Counted from the first letter of the stretch, positions 10,401 to 18,958 are shown. The stretch: DNA of 49,214 bases from an uncultured Gammaproteobacteria bacterium (GCA_965363935.1 CBDTVA010000001.1:1-49214), one strand, 5' to 3'. Notes: a model not told the origin generated them from the sequence alone. Numbers and translations: made by a program.

Positions 10401-10971
10401 ACAGATCCAGACGATAGGGCAGGGGGCTGCCCATGGGGTATAAATCAATTATACTGCCCCGAACTGCAAATTCACCGTGCTCATAAACATTGTCAACACA
10501 GCGATAGCCGCTTTTTTCCAGGTCACGGCGGAACTGATCAATATCCAGAGTCATGCCCCTGTCCAGGATCAGGGTGTTATTATTAATATAATCCAGTGGC
10601 ATTAAACGATGCATCAGAGTGTTTAGTGGCACGATCAGGATCCCCTGTTTTAAACGGGGCAGATGGTACAAAGTGGCCAGGCGTTCGGAAATGATATCCT
10701 GGTGCGGTGAAAACTGATCATAGGCCAGAGTTTCCCAGTCCGGCAGGGTCAAAATTTCCAGTCCGGACTCAGCCAGGAAAAAGGACAATTCATATTTCAG
10801 TTTCTGTGCCGAAGGCATATCTGAGGTGATCAGAGTAACAAATTGCCCGGACTGCCGGGCCAGATTACTGATCGCCAGACTCAGGGCGCTGCCATAAAGT
10901 TTTCCCCAATGGCTTTTCATACCGGGTTTGTTAATAAAATCTGGAGTGATTGGGGAGTACAGTTTATCCAT
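7498..10971 (-). CDS. mfd: Transcription-repair coupling factor Mfd
   Basis: 1157 aa. It has UvrB-homology N-terminal modules, an RNAP-interaction domain, the superfamily-2 helicase motifs GDVGFGKTEVAMRAAF and DEEHRFGV, and TRG/translocation motifs. Confidence 0.97.
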   Translation of the reverse strand: MDKLYSPITPDFINKPGMKSHWGKLYGSALSLAISNLARQSGQFVTLITSDMPSAQKLKYELSFFLAESGLEILTLPDWETLAYDQFSPHQDIISERLATLYHLPRLKQGILIVPLNTLMHRLMPLDYINNNTLILDRGMTLDIDQFRRDLEKSGYRCVDNVYEHGEFAVRGSIIDLYPMGSPLPYRLDLFDDEIDTIKNFDVDTQRSIKNCDSINMMPAREFPLDKQAINLFREQYRNILGGELTDSIIYNDIGQGISSPGIEYYLPLFFQQTTTLFDYLPEQAIIVNFTDLESITERFIHDTDLRYEQYCHNIAHPILPPAELFLRTDELFAHLKNYSRIICQSFEFEDKAGVYNFASEKPPSLTFNTQQKAIQKESALNKLKQYLNSAVAEQRRILFCTETAGRRETLLELLKPYKIYPKSLAGWDDFLVSGKTPGICIAPLDEGMQLGDLALICESQLYGQQVMQRRRRKAKSQDSDAIINTLAELQIGAPVVHEDNGVGRYLGLETITLDDETAEFLALEYAGGDKLYVPVAFLHLISRYTGSNPDTAPLHKLGSGQWEKAKRRAREKIHDVAAELLEIYAQREAQQGFAYRFDEQHYHAFVSGFPFEETPDQQKAIENVVADMTGPKPMDRLICGDVGFGKTEVAMRAAFLAVSGGKQVAILVPTTLLSQQHTENFQNRFAEWPIKIAALSRFQNKKEQEIILKEVVAGTIDIVIGTHKLLQESIKYKQLGLVIIDEEHRFGVRQKERFKKLRSKVDILTLTATPIPRTLNMSLSGIRDFSIIATPPARRLSIKTFVQRWNNATIKEACQREIMRGGQVFVLHNNVQSIGKKARELEQLIPEARVDIAHGQMREKDLELVMSDFYHQRFNVLVCTTIIETGIDIPSANTIIIERADRFGLAQLYQLRGRVGRSHHKAYAYLTVPEKKSMTADAIKRLEAIEAIEDLGAGFTLATHDLEIRGSGELLGEDQSGQIQEIGFTLYTELLERAVKSLKEGKDPELETAAHHGTEIDLHIPALIPDDYLPDVHTRLVMYKRIANAYSDVELKDIQVEMIDRFGLLTDQIKNLFAITSLKLKATPLDILSIDFSENGGRINFSEQPNIDPMKIINLIQTKASLYKLDGNSKLRLLKKEPDIARQFQYLSELLDHLAA

Positions 10972-11137
10972 GGCTTATCATTGTGACCTTATATTAGGAT
11001 GGGCAATTATAATGAAAATGCGCTCACTTTTGTAGTATTGATAGAATCACTGGCCGGAAAAATTCTATTTTTGCCTGCCCTTGTGCCGGATTGAGTATGG
11101 TATAATTGCCTTTTTTTCCGTTTTGTTGGGAGGTAAT

Positions 11138-11205
11138 GTAGGTTGGGTTAGCGCAGCGTAATTCAACCTACAATAATAACACTCAACACAGCGGAGAAGA
11201 GCCAT
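11138..11205 (-). repeat. REP-like composite element, copy 2 (inverted relative to copy 1)
   Basis: The plus strand reads GTAGGTTGGGTTAGCGCAGCGTAATTCAACCTAC-AATAATAACA-CTCAACACAGCGGAGAAGAGCCAT. In reverse complement, the box matches copy 1 at 21/24 nt and the terminal CTAACCCAACCTAC is identical (manual count). Confidence 0.8.
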
Positions 11206-11268
11206 ATAATTGATGTATCTGCAGGCATTAAAAATCTCCTCAACAGCTTAATAACTCAGGCTAAATAT

Positions 11269-12738
11269 ATGAACTTTATTGAAACTCGTGGTAATGACGG
11301 TGAACATCCTCTGCAAGTCAGCTTTTCTTCGGCCATACTCGCACCCATTGCTTCTTTCGGTGGTATTTATGTGCCTGAATCATTACCGGACCTGAGCCTG
11401 GACTTTTTGCAGCAACATGTCGATGCTGATTACAAAACTCTGGCAAGGGATGTCCTTGCGGCCTTTGCCATTGATATAGACCAGGATGTTATTGATGAAG
11501 CTTTAAGTCTGTATGACAAGTTTGATGATCCGGAAAATCCTGTGCCACTGGTGAAAGTCAGAGATGATCTCTATGTCAGCGAGTTATATCATGGTCCAAC
11601 CCGGGCCTTTAAGGATATGGCCTTGCAGCCTTTTGGCGTAGTATTGTCCGCATTGGCTAAAAAGCGCAGGGAAAACTATCTGATTATGGCGGCAACCAGT
11701 GGTGACACCGGGCCTGCGGCTCTGGAGACCTTTAAAAATCGCGAAAATGTGCAGGTAGTCTGCCTGTATCCAGATGGCGGTACCTCCGATGTGCAGCGTT
11801 TGCAGATGGTGACGGAAGATGCTGAAAACTTGAAAGTCATCGGTATTCACGGAGATTTTGATGATGCCCAAAGTGCCCTGAAACGCTTATTGGGTTCCAC
11901 CACATTTAAAGCCCGGCTCAGGGAAAAAAATATTCATCTGTCTGCGGCCAATTCGGTTAATTTTGGTCGTATTATTTTTCAGCTTATTTATCATATCTAC
12001 AGTTATCTGGAACTGGTACGCCAGGATGCCATCAGTCTGGGCGATAAAGTGTATCTTGATGTGCCCAGCGGTAATTTTGGCAATGCCCTGGGTGGTTACT
12101 ATGCCATGAAAATGGGGCTGCCGGTGGAGAAAATCATGATTGCATCCAATAAAAACAATGTTCTGACCCAGCTTATTAAGTTTGGCAAATATGATTTGCG
12201 CGATAAGTCGGTTATTTCAACCAGTTCGCCGGCTATGGATATTTTAAAATCATCCAATGTAGAACGTGTTTTATACGATTTATATGGTGCACAACGAACT
12301 AAAGAGCTTATGTCACAACTGGATAATGACAATTACTATGAACTGAACAGTACTGAACTGTCCCTGTTACAGGAAATATTTGTGGCTGATTTTTGTGAAG
12401 ACATTGAAGGCAAACAGTATATTAAAGATGCCTTCGCCGGGGGGTATTTGATGGATCCGCATACGGCCACCTGTTTTAAAGCCTATGAAACCTGCAGAAA
12501 TCAGCCATTAAAAAGCATTGCCTATTCCACTGCAGAATGGACCAAGTTTTCACCCACCATTGCCAATGCACTGACCGGAGAACAGGATGCCAGTGATATA
12601 GATGCACTGGCGTCCATCGCCAGTGAAGCAGACATTGCTATTCCAGCTATTATTAAGGGGTTATTTGATAAAGAAATTGCTCAACAAACCATTATTGATA
12701 AACAGGATATTGAAAAGGAAATTCTGGCCTTTTTGTAG
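11269..12738 (+). CDS. thrC: Threonine synthase (long form)
   Basis: 489 aa. The N-terminal MNFIETRGN...VSFSSAILAPIASFGGIYVPESLP and the PLP-lysine motif ..HGPTRAFKDMALQ.. are characteristic of ThrC. Confidence 0.93.
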   Translation: MNFIETRGNDGEHPLQVSFSSAILAPIASFGGIYVPESLPDLSLDFLQQHVDADYKTLARDVLAAFAIDIDQDVIDEALSLYDKFDDPENPVPLVKVRDDLYVSELYHGPTRAFKDMALQPFGVVLSALAKKRRENYLIMAATSGDTGPAALETFKNRENVQVVCLYPDGGTSDVQRLQMVTEDAENLKVIGIHGDFDDAQSALKRLLGSTTFKARLREKNIHLSAANSVNFGRIIFQLIYHIYSYLELVRQDAISLGDKVYLDVPSGNFGNALGGYYAMKMGLPVEKIMIASNKNNVLTQLIKFGKYDLRDKSVISTSSPAMDILKSSNVERVLYDLYGAQRTKELMSQLDNDNYYELNSTELSLLQEIFVADFCEDIEGKQYIKDAFAGGYLMDPHTATCFKAYETCRNQPLKSIAYSTAEWTKFSPTIANALTGEQDASDIDALASIASEADIAIPAIIKGLFDKEIAQQTIIDKQDIEKEILAFL

Positions 12739-12761
12739 TTAAACGTTAAGTTTGGCAGTTG

Positions 12762-13187
12762 TTAGATTCCGGAGCCTTTGCCAGGCTTAAGGCCAATAAG
12801 TGGAAATACCACAGTTTGACTGGCCATGGCTTTGGCCAGACCGTAGATACCCAACATCACAAATAAACTGTGCACACAGGTAAGGTAGGTGATAATAATG
12901 GTCCAGGTTACGGCGGTGCTGACATTGCTGAGAAAATAAAACACCGCCACCACACAAACAATAAAAACACCGGCCCATAAACTGGCAATAAAGGTTTGCC
13001 GAATATGATTAAAGGCCAGGGAACCTGGTTTTTTCGAATATTTTCGATACAGGGAAAAAAGTACCAGGAAGGGTATTACCGGAATCAGTAATAAGTTAGC
13101 AAGAAACAAGGTCTCCGCCAATATTGCAATATTGGTTTCATTGGCCTGAATTTTTTCTATATTGTCAGAATTGGTTTCTGTACTCAT
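12762..13187 (-). CDS. Hypothetical integral membrane protein (about 4 TM segments)
   Basis: 141-aa ORF with four hydrophobic stretches. No family was recognised. Confidence 0.55.
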   Translation of the reverse strand: MSTETNSDNIEKIQANETNIAILAETLFLANLLLIPVIPFLVLFSLYRKYSKKPGSLAFNHIRQTFIASLWAGVFIVCVVAVFYFLSNVSTAVTWTIIITYLTCVHSLFVMLGIYGLAKAMASQTVVFPLIGLKPGKGSGI

Positions 13188-13227
13188 TTTATACCTTATT
13201 GCATAAAGACCTTAATATGCATAAATC

Positions 13228-13596
13228 TTAAGTAATTATCTCCAGTATACTTTCTGGCGGCCGGCCCAGCGCGTATTTGTTATCTGCAGTTTTTGTATCA
13301 GTAGTGACAACGATAGGGCGCTCAATTAATTTAGGGTGTGCTATCATTGCTGCAATTAATTGCTCATCGCTTAAAGCCGGGTCGGACAGATTATTTTCCT
13401 TATATTCCGCTTCTTTTTTACGCATCAAGTCTCTGGGTTTCATATCCAGGGACTTCAGTATTGCCTGCAGTTCATCGGCAGACGGTGGTGTTTTTAAATA
13501 TTCAATAATTTCCGGTTCTACGTTGTTATCTCTTAATAATTGCAATGTCTGACGTGATTTGGAACAACGCGGATTATGATAAATTTTAGTGCTCAT
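13228..13596 (-). CDS. arsC: ArsC-family arsenate reductase (glutaredoxin-coupled type)
   Basis: 122 aa. IYHNPRCSKSRQTLQLL...IEYLKTPPSADEL...HPKLIERPIVV aligns with E. coli ArsC (IYHNPACGTSRNTL...YLENPPSRDEL...HPILINRPIVV), including the catalytic Cys. Confidence 0.82.
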   Translation of the reverse strand: MSTKIYHNPRCSKSRQTLQLLRDNNVEPEIIEYLKTPPSADELQAILKSLDMKPRDLMRKKEAEYKENNLSDPALSDEQLIAAMIAHPKLIERPIVVTTDTKTADNKYALGRPPESILEIIT

Positions 13597-13952
13597 CGGT
13601 TTCCTGCTTTTTTACAAAAAAGTTTAGCGAATAAATCAGTAACTGAAAATGATAATCTCAATAACTAAGTAAACACTAAGATATATGAACTATAGCAAAA
13701 TGAGATAACAAATACAGCAAAATATTTAATGCCATTCTAACATCAAAAAGTTATTGTTTAACTTTAAAAAGAAATTGTAATTATTCACATATTCATCTTT
13801 AAGCACATAATTGTTTTATGCTAATCCAAATTGAAATGATGGAATATCATTATGTGCTAATATTCTAACTGTTGTCTTGTTTTCAAGCAGGGCCTTGTTT
13901 TGATTAAAAATCTAAGAATTATTTAAACTAATTTTTATCAATTGCCTCACCT

Positions 13953-13980
13953 GTAGTAGAACCAGTGTAGCAGAACCAGT
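13953..13980 (+). repeat. Tandem 14-nt direct repeat GTAGTAGAACCAGT / GTAGCAGAACCAGT
   Basis: Read directly. It lies in the AT-rich leader upstream of the multicopper oxidase. Confidence 0.7.
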
Positions 13981-14030
13981 CTAACTAAATCACGCCTTGT
14001 CCCTCTGTACTCCCATGCGCATGTAGTAAA

Positions 14031-14134
14031 TATACAGTGTTTCTGTATAAAAAATACAGTCTTTACCTACCTCATTTAATGATTCATTAAATATACAATT
14101 AGCTCAGTGTTCATATGGACATACAGTTAGCTCA
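14031..14134. promoter_or_regulatory. Array of ATACAG-type motifs (candidate operator sites)
   Basis: There is a palindrome TATACAG-N5-CTGTATA (14031-14049) and an extra ATACAGT (14054-14060). There is also a direct repeat, ATATACAATTAGCTCA (14091-14106) and ACATACAGTTAGCTCA (14119-14134). The array lies 240-350 nt upstream of the MCO start. Confidence 0.3.
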
Positions 14135-14195
14135 TTGATCAACGGAAGGTCAATAAAAACAATAAACGGTAACAGGTGGTAATAGTTAGTAATAA

Positions 14196-14214
14196 TTTGT
14201 AACAAACTTACAAA
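14196..14214. promoter_or_regulatory. Perfect inverted repeat TTTGTAA-N5-TTACAAA (candidate regulator binding site)
   Basis: Read directly. It lies about 165 nt upstream of the MCO ATG. The cognate regulator is unknown. Confidence 0.3.
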
Positions 14215-14376
14215 CTATTATAACAGTTGTGTCATTAATTATTTTGTACGATTGTACGTATGAATTTATCAGCCAGGTAAACAAAATAATCAATGGAATG
14301 AAATAACAAGTTGCTGATACTTCACCGGCTCATGCCGAATAATAAATTTACAAAAATACATTGGGGAACAATCGAG

Positions 14377-17010
14377 ATGAATATAAATAAAAAAAAGCTG
14401 GTATTGGCATGTATGCCGATACTGCTATGCACACAGGCGGCAAATGCCGCACCGTTGCCGGGGGGAACTCTGGATCCACTGACTATACCGAAATACGTGA
14501 CACCTCTGGTGATACCGCCAGTAATGAATTCAACTAGCGTGGACACGCTTACAGGCGAGAGTCTCTATGATATAGCCGTGCGTCAGTTCCAGCAGCAGAT
14601 TCTTCCGGGTGGTATATGGGACTCCATTGCTGGGACTAACTTTGGCTTCCCTGCTACCACTGTCTGGAGCTATGGTCCAGAAGGTGATCCTGTCCCCTCG
14701 GGTGGAATTGCGCCGGCGGTCAATTCCCAGTTCAATTATCCAGCCTATACAGTCGAAAACACCAGGGACGTGAAGACCACCGTAAACTGGGTCAACGACC
14801 TGGTGGATACTCAGGGCAATTATCTGCCGCATTTGTTTGCGGTGGACCAGTCTTTGCACTGGGCCAACCCTCAGGCTGACTGCTCTACCGGCGAGTTACG
14901 CACAGACTGTCATGGTACCACTGCTGTGCCCTACACCGGACCTGTTCCAATGATCACCCATGTTCACGGCGCGCATGTCGGCGGCTCGGGTGATGGTTAC
15001 ACCGAGGCTTGGTGGCTGCCTGATGCAAGCAATATTACCTGCGTACCACGTGAGATTGATCCTGTTACCGGTTTTCCCTCAGGCCCTCCACAGTGGAAGC
15101 CTGATGTTACTAAAGGTGAGTATGTCTGTGAAGGCACCATTGCCAATCAGCTAACTAATAAAAAAGGGGCAGTGGTATACAATACCAATAATCCTCTTAA
15201 GGCTGGGCAAGGCGCTGCCAAGTTTGGTTATCCCAATGATCAACCGTCCTCTACCCTCTGGTATCATGACCACTCGCTGGGTATGACCCGTACCAATGTT
15301 TATGCAGGTCCGGCAGGTTTCTGGATGATACGTGATCCATTAGCTGTCGGCGGTGAGACAGGACTGGTTGCTGGCTCCATACTGCCAAGCCCTGCTCCGG
15401 TTGCCGGCCAGGACGTAATCGACCTGAATACCCACGGCGCAGGTACTGCTGTCACTGCCCGTGACGGCATTCGTGAGATGCCTGTAGTAATTCAGGGACG
15501 TTCTTTTAATACTGACGGTTCCCTGTTTTATCCTGACAACCGGGCTTTCTTTGAAGGCCTCAATGTGGCAGGTACTGCAGGTACAGCTGATGAGCAGTTC
15601 CCTCTTACACCTGAATTACAGATTGATATGGATCCTGCTACTTCGGATATTGCACCAATATGGAATCCGGAAGCCTTCTTTAACACTATGGTAGTTAATG
15701 GCGTGACCTGGCCCAAACTGGAAGTGGCTCCGGCCCTGTATCGCTTTCGTATGCTTAATGGCGCCAACTCCCGTTTCCTGAATCTGGCACTGCCGGTTAC
15801 AGACGAGCTGGGTAATCCCACCAGGGTCAAACGCACGATCCCCATCTTCGAAGATGATGGCAGATCCAAAAAACCCAAAAGCAGATGGGTAGATGAATTG
15901 CGTTTCTGGCAGATAGGTGCTGAGCAGAGTCTTATGCCTGAGGTAGTGGCGGTTAGAACCGGTTTCGCGACAGCGGGTTTAACACCGACCAAGGATGGAA
16001 AATTCAAGAAAGAAATTCCGGCTTCAGATCCTCAACAGGCTCTTTTAATGGGGCTGGCCGAGCGTGCTGATGTGATTGTGGACTTCCGAGGTCTGCCTGA
16101 CGGTACTATTATTACTATGACCAATACGGCACCTGATGCACCTTTTGGCGGCTTCCCGGATGTTCCTGCTGATCCCGCTACCACAGGTCAGGTGATGCGC
16201 TTTGTGGTGAGCGACGCGTTGCTGGGAGCCAGCCCGACTGATGAGCTGCACCCGAATATCGGTGATATTATACTTGTGGATGGCGAGCCAACCAGGGTTG
16301 ACAAGCAGTTGCTGAGTACTATCCTTAATCCGCTTACTGCAGCGACCTCTCCCTGGGATCTGGTTGTCAATCCGCTGGATCTGGATAACTTCACAGTGAC
16401 TGTGACCAATCCGGCACCGCGTGAACTGGCTCTGATTGAGGAAGAATCTACTTTAATCTGTGCTGATCTTGATGTCGTAGGCAATGTTGTACAGCTTATG
16501 GATTATACGCCTGTCGCTGGTGCCTGTGTCAGTGATATTGATGGTACAACGCATCCAACTGCTCTGCCATTTGCGCCCAAGGCTGCTGTAACCGGTACTG
16601 TGGATGCCGCCGGTGTGCCGACGGTCACTCTCTGGTCTGATCCGATTGTTACTAATGTCAATGCAGATGGTTCTGGAGCCCAAACTGCTGAACAGTGGAA
16701 TCTGTGGAACTTTACAGTCGACGGTCATCCTATCCATGTGCATCTGGTCAAGTTTAAAGTACTTGGACGTACTGCAATTGGCGGCGGCGCCAGTGTAATC
16801 ACCACTGCAACTGGTGCACAACCCTGGGAAAATGGCTGGAAAGATACCGTGATCACCTATCCCGGAGAAGTCACTTCGCTTGCTGCCGATTTTGATATCA
16901 ACGGTCTCTATGTCTGGCACTGCCATATCCTCGAGCACGAAGATAACGAGATGATGACGCCATTTTGTGTTGGAGTAGCAGGTGTGAACTGCCCGGCTCA
17001 ATTGTTCTAA
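14377..17010 (+). CDS. Large multicopper oxidase (CotA/bilirubin-oxidase-like), Sec signal peptide
   Basis: All four MCO copper motifs are present: HVHGAHV, WYHDHSLGMTRTNVYAGPAGFWMIRD, HPIHVHLVKF and WHCHILEHEDNEMM. The start is set at the ATG at 14377 (MNINKKKLVLACMPILLCTQAANA|AP signal peptide) rather than the TTG at 14311. The product is about 877 aa. Confidence 0.9.
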   Translation: MNINKKKLVLACMPILLCTQAANAAPLPGGTLDPLTIPKYVTPLVIPPVMNSTSVDTLTGESLYDIAVRQFQQQILPGGIWDSIAGTNFGFPATTVWSYGPEGDPVPSGGIAPAVNSQFNYPAYTVENTRDVKTTVNWVNDLVDTQGNYLPHLFAVDQSLHWANPQADCSTGELRTDCHGTTAVPYTGPVPMITHVHGAHVGGSGDGYTEAWWLPDASNITCVPREIDPVTGFPSGPPQWKPDVTKGEYVCEGTIANQLTNKKGAVVYNTNNPLKAGQGAAKFGYPNDQPSSTLWYHDHSLGMTRTNVYAGPAGFWMIRDPLAVGGETGLVAGSILPSPAPVAGQDVIDLNTHGAGTAVTARDGIREMPVVIQGRSFNTDGSLFYPDNRAFFEGLNVAGTAGTADEQFPLTPELQIDMDPATSDIAPIWNPEAFFNTMVVNGVTWPKLEVAPALYRFRMLNGANSRFLNLALPVTDELGNPTRVKRTIPIFEDDGRSKKPKSRWVDELRFWQIGAEQSLMPEVVAVRTGFATAGLTPTKDGKFKKEIPASDPQQALLMGLAERADVIVDFRGLPDGTIITMTNTAPDAPFGGFPDVPADPATTGQVMRFVVSDALLGASPTDELHPNIGDIILVDGEPTRVDKQLLSTILNPLTAATSPWDLVVNPLDLDNFTVTVTNPAPRELALIEEESTLICADLDVVGNVVQLMDYTPVAGACVSDIDGTTHPTALPFAPKAAVTGTVDAAGVPTVTLWSDPIVTNVNADGSGAQTAEQWNLWNFTVDGHPIHVHLVKFKVLGRTAIGGGASVITTATGAQPWENGWKDTVITYPGEVTSLAADFDINGLYVWHCHILEHEDNEMMTPFCVGVAGVNCPAQLF

Positions 17011-17040
17011 TAATAACTGGTTCCAATAACATTAAGTTTA

Positions 17041-17066
17041 GGTCGCCTTCGGGCGGCCTTTTTTTT
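17041..17066 (+). terminator. Rho-independent terminator after the MCO gene
   Basis: GGTCGCC-TTCG-GGCGGCC forms a stem (one G.U pair) followed by TTTTTTTT, starting 31 nt after the stop codon. Confidence 0.8.
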
Positions 17067-17138
17067 GACTGCAGGTTTTTTGCCTGTTAGTATCCTGCAA
17101 AAACATCCTGAAATATTCACTAGGAGACAACCATCACC

Positions 17139-17846
17139 ATGCGCACACAGCTATCCATTGCAATTTTTATCTGCTTATTGACCAGCAACACTTCAGCGTC
17201 GGAACAAGTCACCCTCTCTGATAAATCTGACCGTATTAACTATAGTATTGGCCACCAGATTGGCACTGACTTCAAACGGCAAAAGCTCAAACTTGATGAA
17301 CAGGCCCTTCGGACAGGCTTGCAGCATGGCCAGACCGGCACCACCCCTTTGCTGGATCGCAAGGAGATGAACACCGCCCTGACCGATCTTAAACGCAATA
17401 TTAGCGCTAAAATGAAACAGGAGGCAGTGGCCAGAATAGACAAACGAAACAAGGATGAACAACAAAAGCGCAGCCAGGGCATTGATTTTATGCGGGAAAA
17501 CCAGAGCAGGGAAGGGGTAAAAACCCTGCCCAGCGGCCTGCAATATAAGGTGTTAACTAAAGGTGCAGGTCTGAAACCCAAAGCTGAAGACTATATCACT
17601 TTCAATTACCGGGCCAAAACCCTGAACGGCAGGGAATATGACAGCTCCTTTAAAAAAGGTAAGCCGGCTACCTATCGTGCTGATGGTGTGCTTCCCGGAT
17701 TCACCGAGGCCATACAAATGATGCAGCCCGGAGCAAAATGGGAACTCTATATTCCACCGGAGCAGGCTTATGGCCGCCAGGGACCTCTGGCTCATCAGAG
17801 CGTTATTATTGAAGTAGAGCTGCTTTCTATCGGTAAACCGGATTAG
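17139..17846 (+). CDS. Periplasmic FKBP-type peptidyl-prolyl isomerase, Mip/FkpA-like (paralog 1)
   Basis: 235 aa with a signal peptide, an N-terminal Mip-type dimerisation helix region (INYSIGHQIGTDF...) and a C-terminal FKBP domain (GLQYKVLTKGAG...VLPGFTEAIQMMQPGAKWELYIPPEQAYG). Confidence 0.85.
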   Translation: MRTQLSIAIFICLLTSNTSASEQVTLSDKSDRINYSIGHQIGTDFKRQKLKLDEQALRTGLQHGQTGTTPLLDRKEMNTALTDLKRNISAKMKQEAVARIDKRNKDEQQKRSQGIDFMRENQSREGVKTLPSGLQYKVLTKGAGLKPKAEDYITFNYRAKTLNGREYDSSFKKGKPATYRADGVLPGFTEAIQMMQPGAKWELYIPPEQAYGRQGPLAHQSVIIEVELLSIGKPD

Positions 17847-17883
17847 GCGCATAAAGTAACAGGGAGTTGTTCTTCTCATAAAA

Positions 17884-17910
17884 GGTCGGGTTAGCGCAGC
17901 GTAACCCGAC
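17884..17910. repeat. REP-like palindrome, copy 3 (palindrome only)
   Basis: GGTCGGGTTAGCGCAGCGTAACCCGAC, between convergent genes. The 24-nt box was not recognised here. Confidence 0.65.
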
Positions 17911-17984
17911 GTAATGTCTACCGATAATGTCGGGGGTTATATTAAATTATTGCAGTTGCAATTTTATCGTCCGCTGCTATAGCC

Positions 17985-18755
17985 TTAATTCAGGTTTTCG
18001 GGGAGTCCTTTACCAGTCTTTTCTTCTGAACCGGACTGTTTTTCTATTGAAGCTGGCTCCTGTATGGCTTTTTTGTCTTTCTTCTTTTTGTCTTTCTTTA
18101 GGGGAGGGGGCAGGTCAGGCTTCAGCCGTTTATAGTCATTGGGAATTTTCAATAGTTTATTGGCCACATGGCCATGGACCACTGTCTTGAACTCCTGTCT
18201 TGTGCCATCATGAGCCTGGCTTAGAATGGATACCTGACGTTCATCCAGTGTTGCCACACCAAGCCAGTTCAGACCTATTCTGCGGGCTGACATAAACAGG
18301 CGTGACAGGGTGATCATCTCGCGTGCATTCAGTCCCAGCGGCCCGCCGGCAGTCATGCAGTGTTTAGTATTCAGCTTAGGGTCTTTTGCCATTTCCTTTA
18401 CCTGTTGGCAGCGTACGCCTGAAACCACCTGCTTTTGGGGCACAGGCATAAAGTTAGGGTTATTCAATGCCGTTGCCGGCCAGTACAGTCGGCCCATCCG
18501 GGTGACCTGAAAACTCTTTGCCTGATCATCCACCTCGAACATCAGCATACGCCCGGTATCCATTACGGTGTAGTCCGACTTGCCTTTAGGTTTGGATTCC
18601 AGCCGCAGCAAGGAACCGCTAATGGTAATGGTGTGCTGGGTTTTGCTGCCTTCGGCCCCGGTCAATTCATAGACAAGCGTGGAATCCGCATATGCTAATG
18701 GCATCATACTCCCGGTTGCTATGACTGTGGCGGCAATTTTCAGGTGTTTTAACAT
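17985..18755 (-). CDS. Hypothetical secreted protein with a Lys-rich C-terminal tail
   Basis: 256 aa. It has a signal peptide (MLKHLKIAATVIATGSMMPLAYA|D) and a low-complexity tail (PPPLKKDKKKKDKK...). No family was recognised. Confidence 0.6.
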   Translation of the reverse strand: MLKHLKIAATVIATGSMMPLAYADSTLVYELTGAEGSKTQHTITISGSLLRLESKPKGKSDYTVMDTGRMLMFEVDDQAKSFQVTRMGRLYWPATALNNPNFMPVPQKQVVSGVRCQQVKEMAKDPKLNTKHCMTAGGPLGLNAREMITLSRLFMSARRIGLNWLGVATLDERQVSILSQAHDGTRQEFKTVVHGHVANKLLKIPNDYKRLKPDLPPPLKKDKKKKDKKAIQEPASIEKQSGSEEKTGKGLPENLN

Positions 18756-18958
18756 CCTATCTCCTTATGACCAGACGGGCTTAAATTATGATTTTATTTA
18801 ACTACCATACTATAAACATAAAGCTATTTCCACTCAGGATAAAAACCTTATTGAAATTATTGACATATCACTATATTATCAACGCACAATAAAAATTATC
18901 CATACATATTTGCACTTGTTAACCGTAATCACCCGGTCATAAGTGATGTTGTTAAATG

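Noticed and set aside
14311-14376. TTG start extending the multicopper oxidase by 22 aa (MLILHRLMPNNKFTKIHWGTIE)
   Set aside because: The internal ATG at 14377 yields a canonical Sec signal peptide. The extension has no signal or Tat features and is AT-rich leader-like.
15528-17001. Antisense ORFs within the MCO gene (15528-16007, 16188-16484, 16453-17001). Similar antisense ORFs occur in hom (5070-5531), cusB (20491-20976, 21295-21729), metA (27914-28450), sqr (34596-35024) and relA/spoT (32320-32751).
   Set aside because: Each is fully embedded opposite a strongly supported CDS with recognisable motifs. These are typical shadow ORFs in GC-richer coding DNA.
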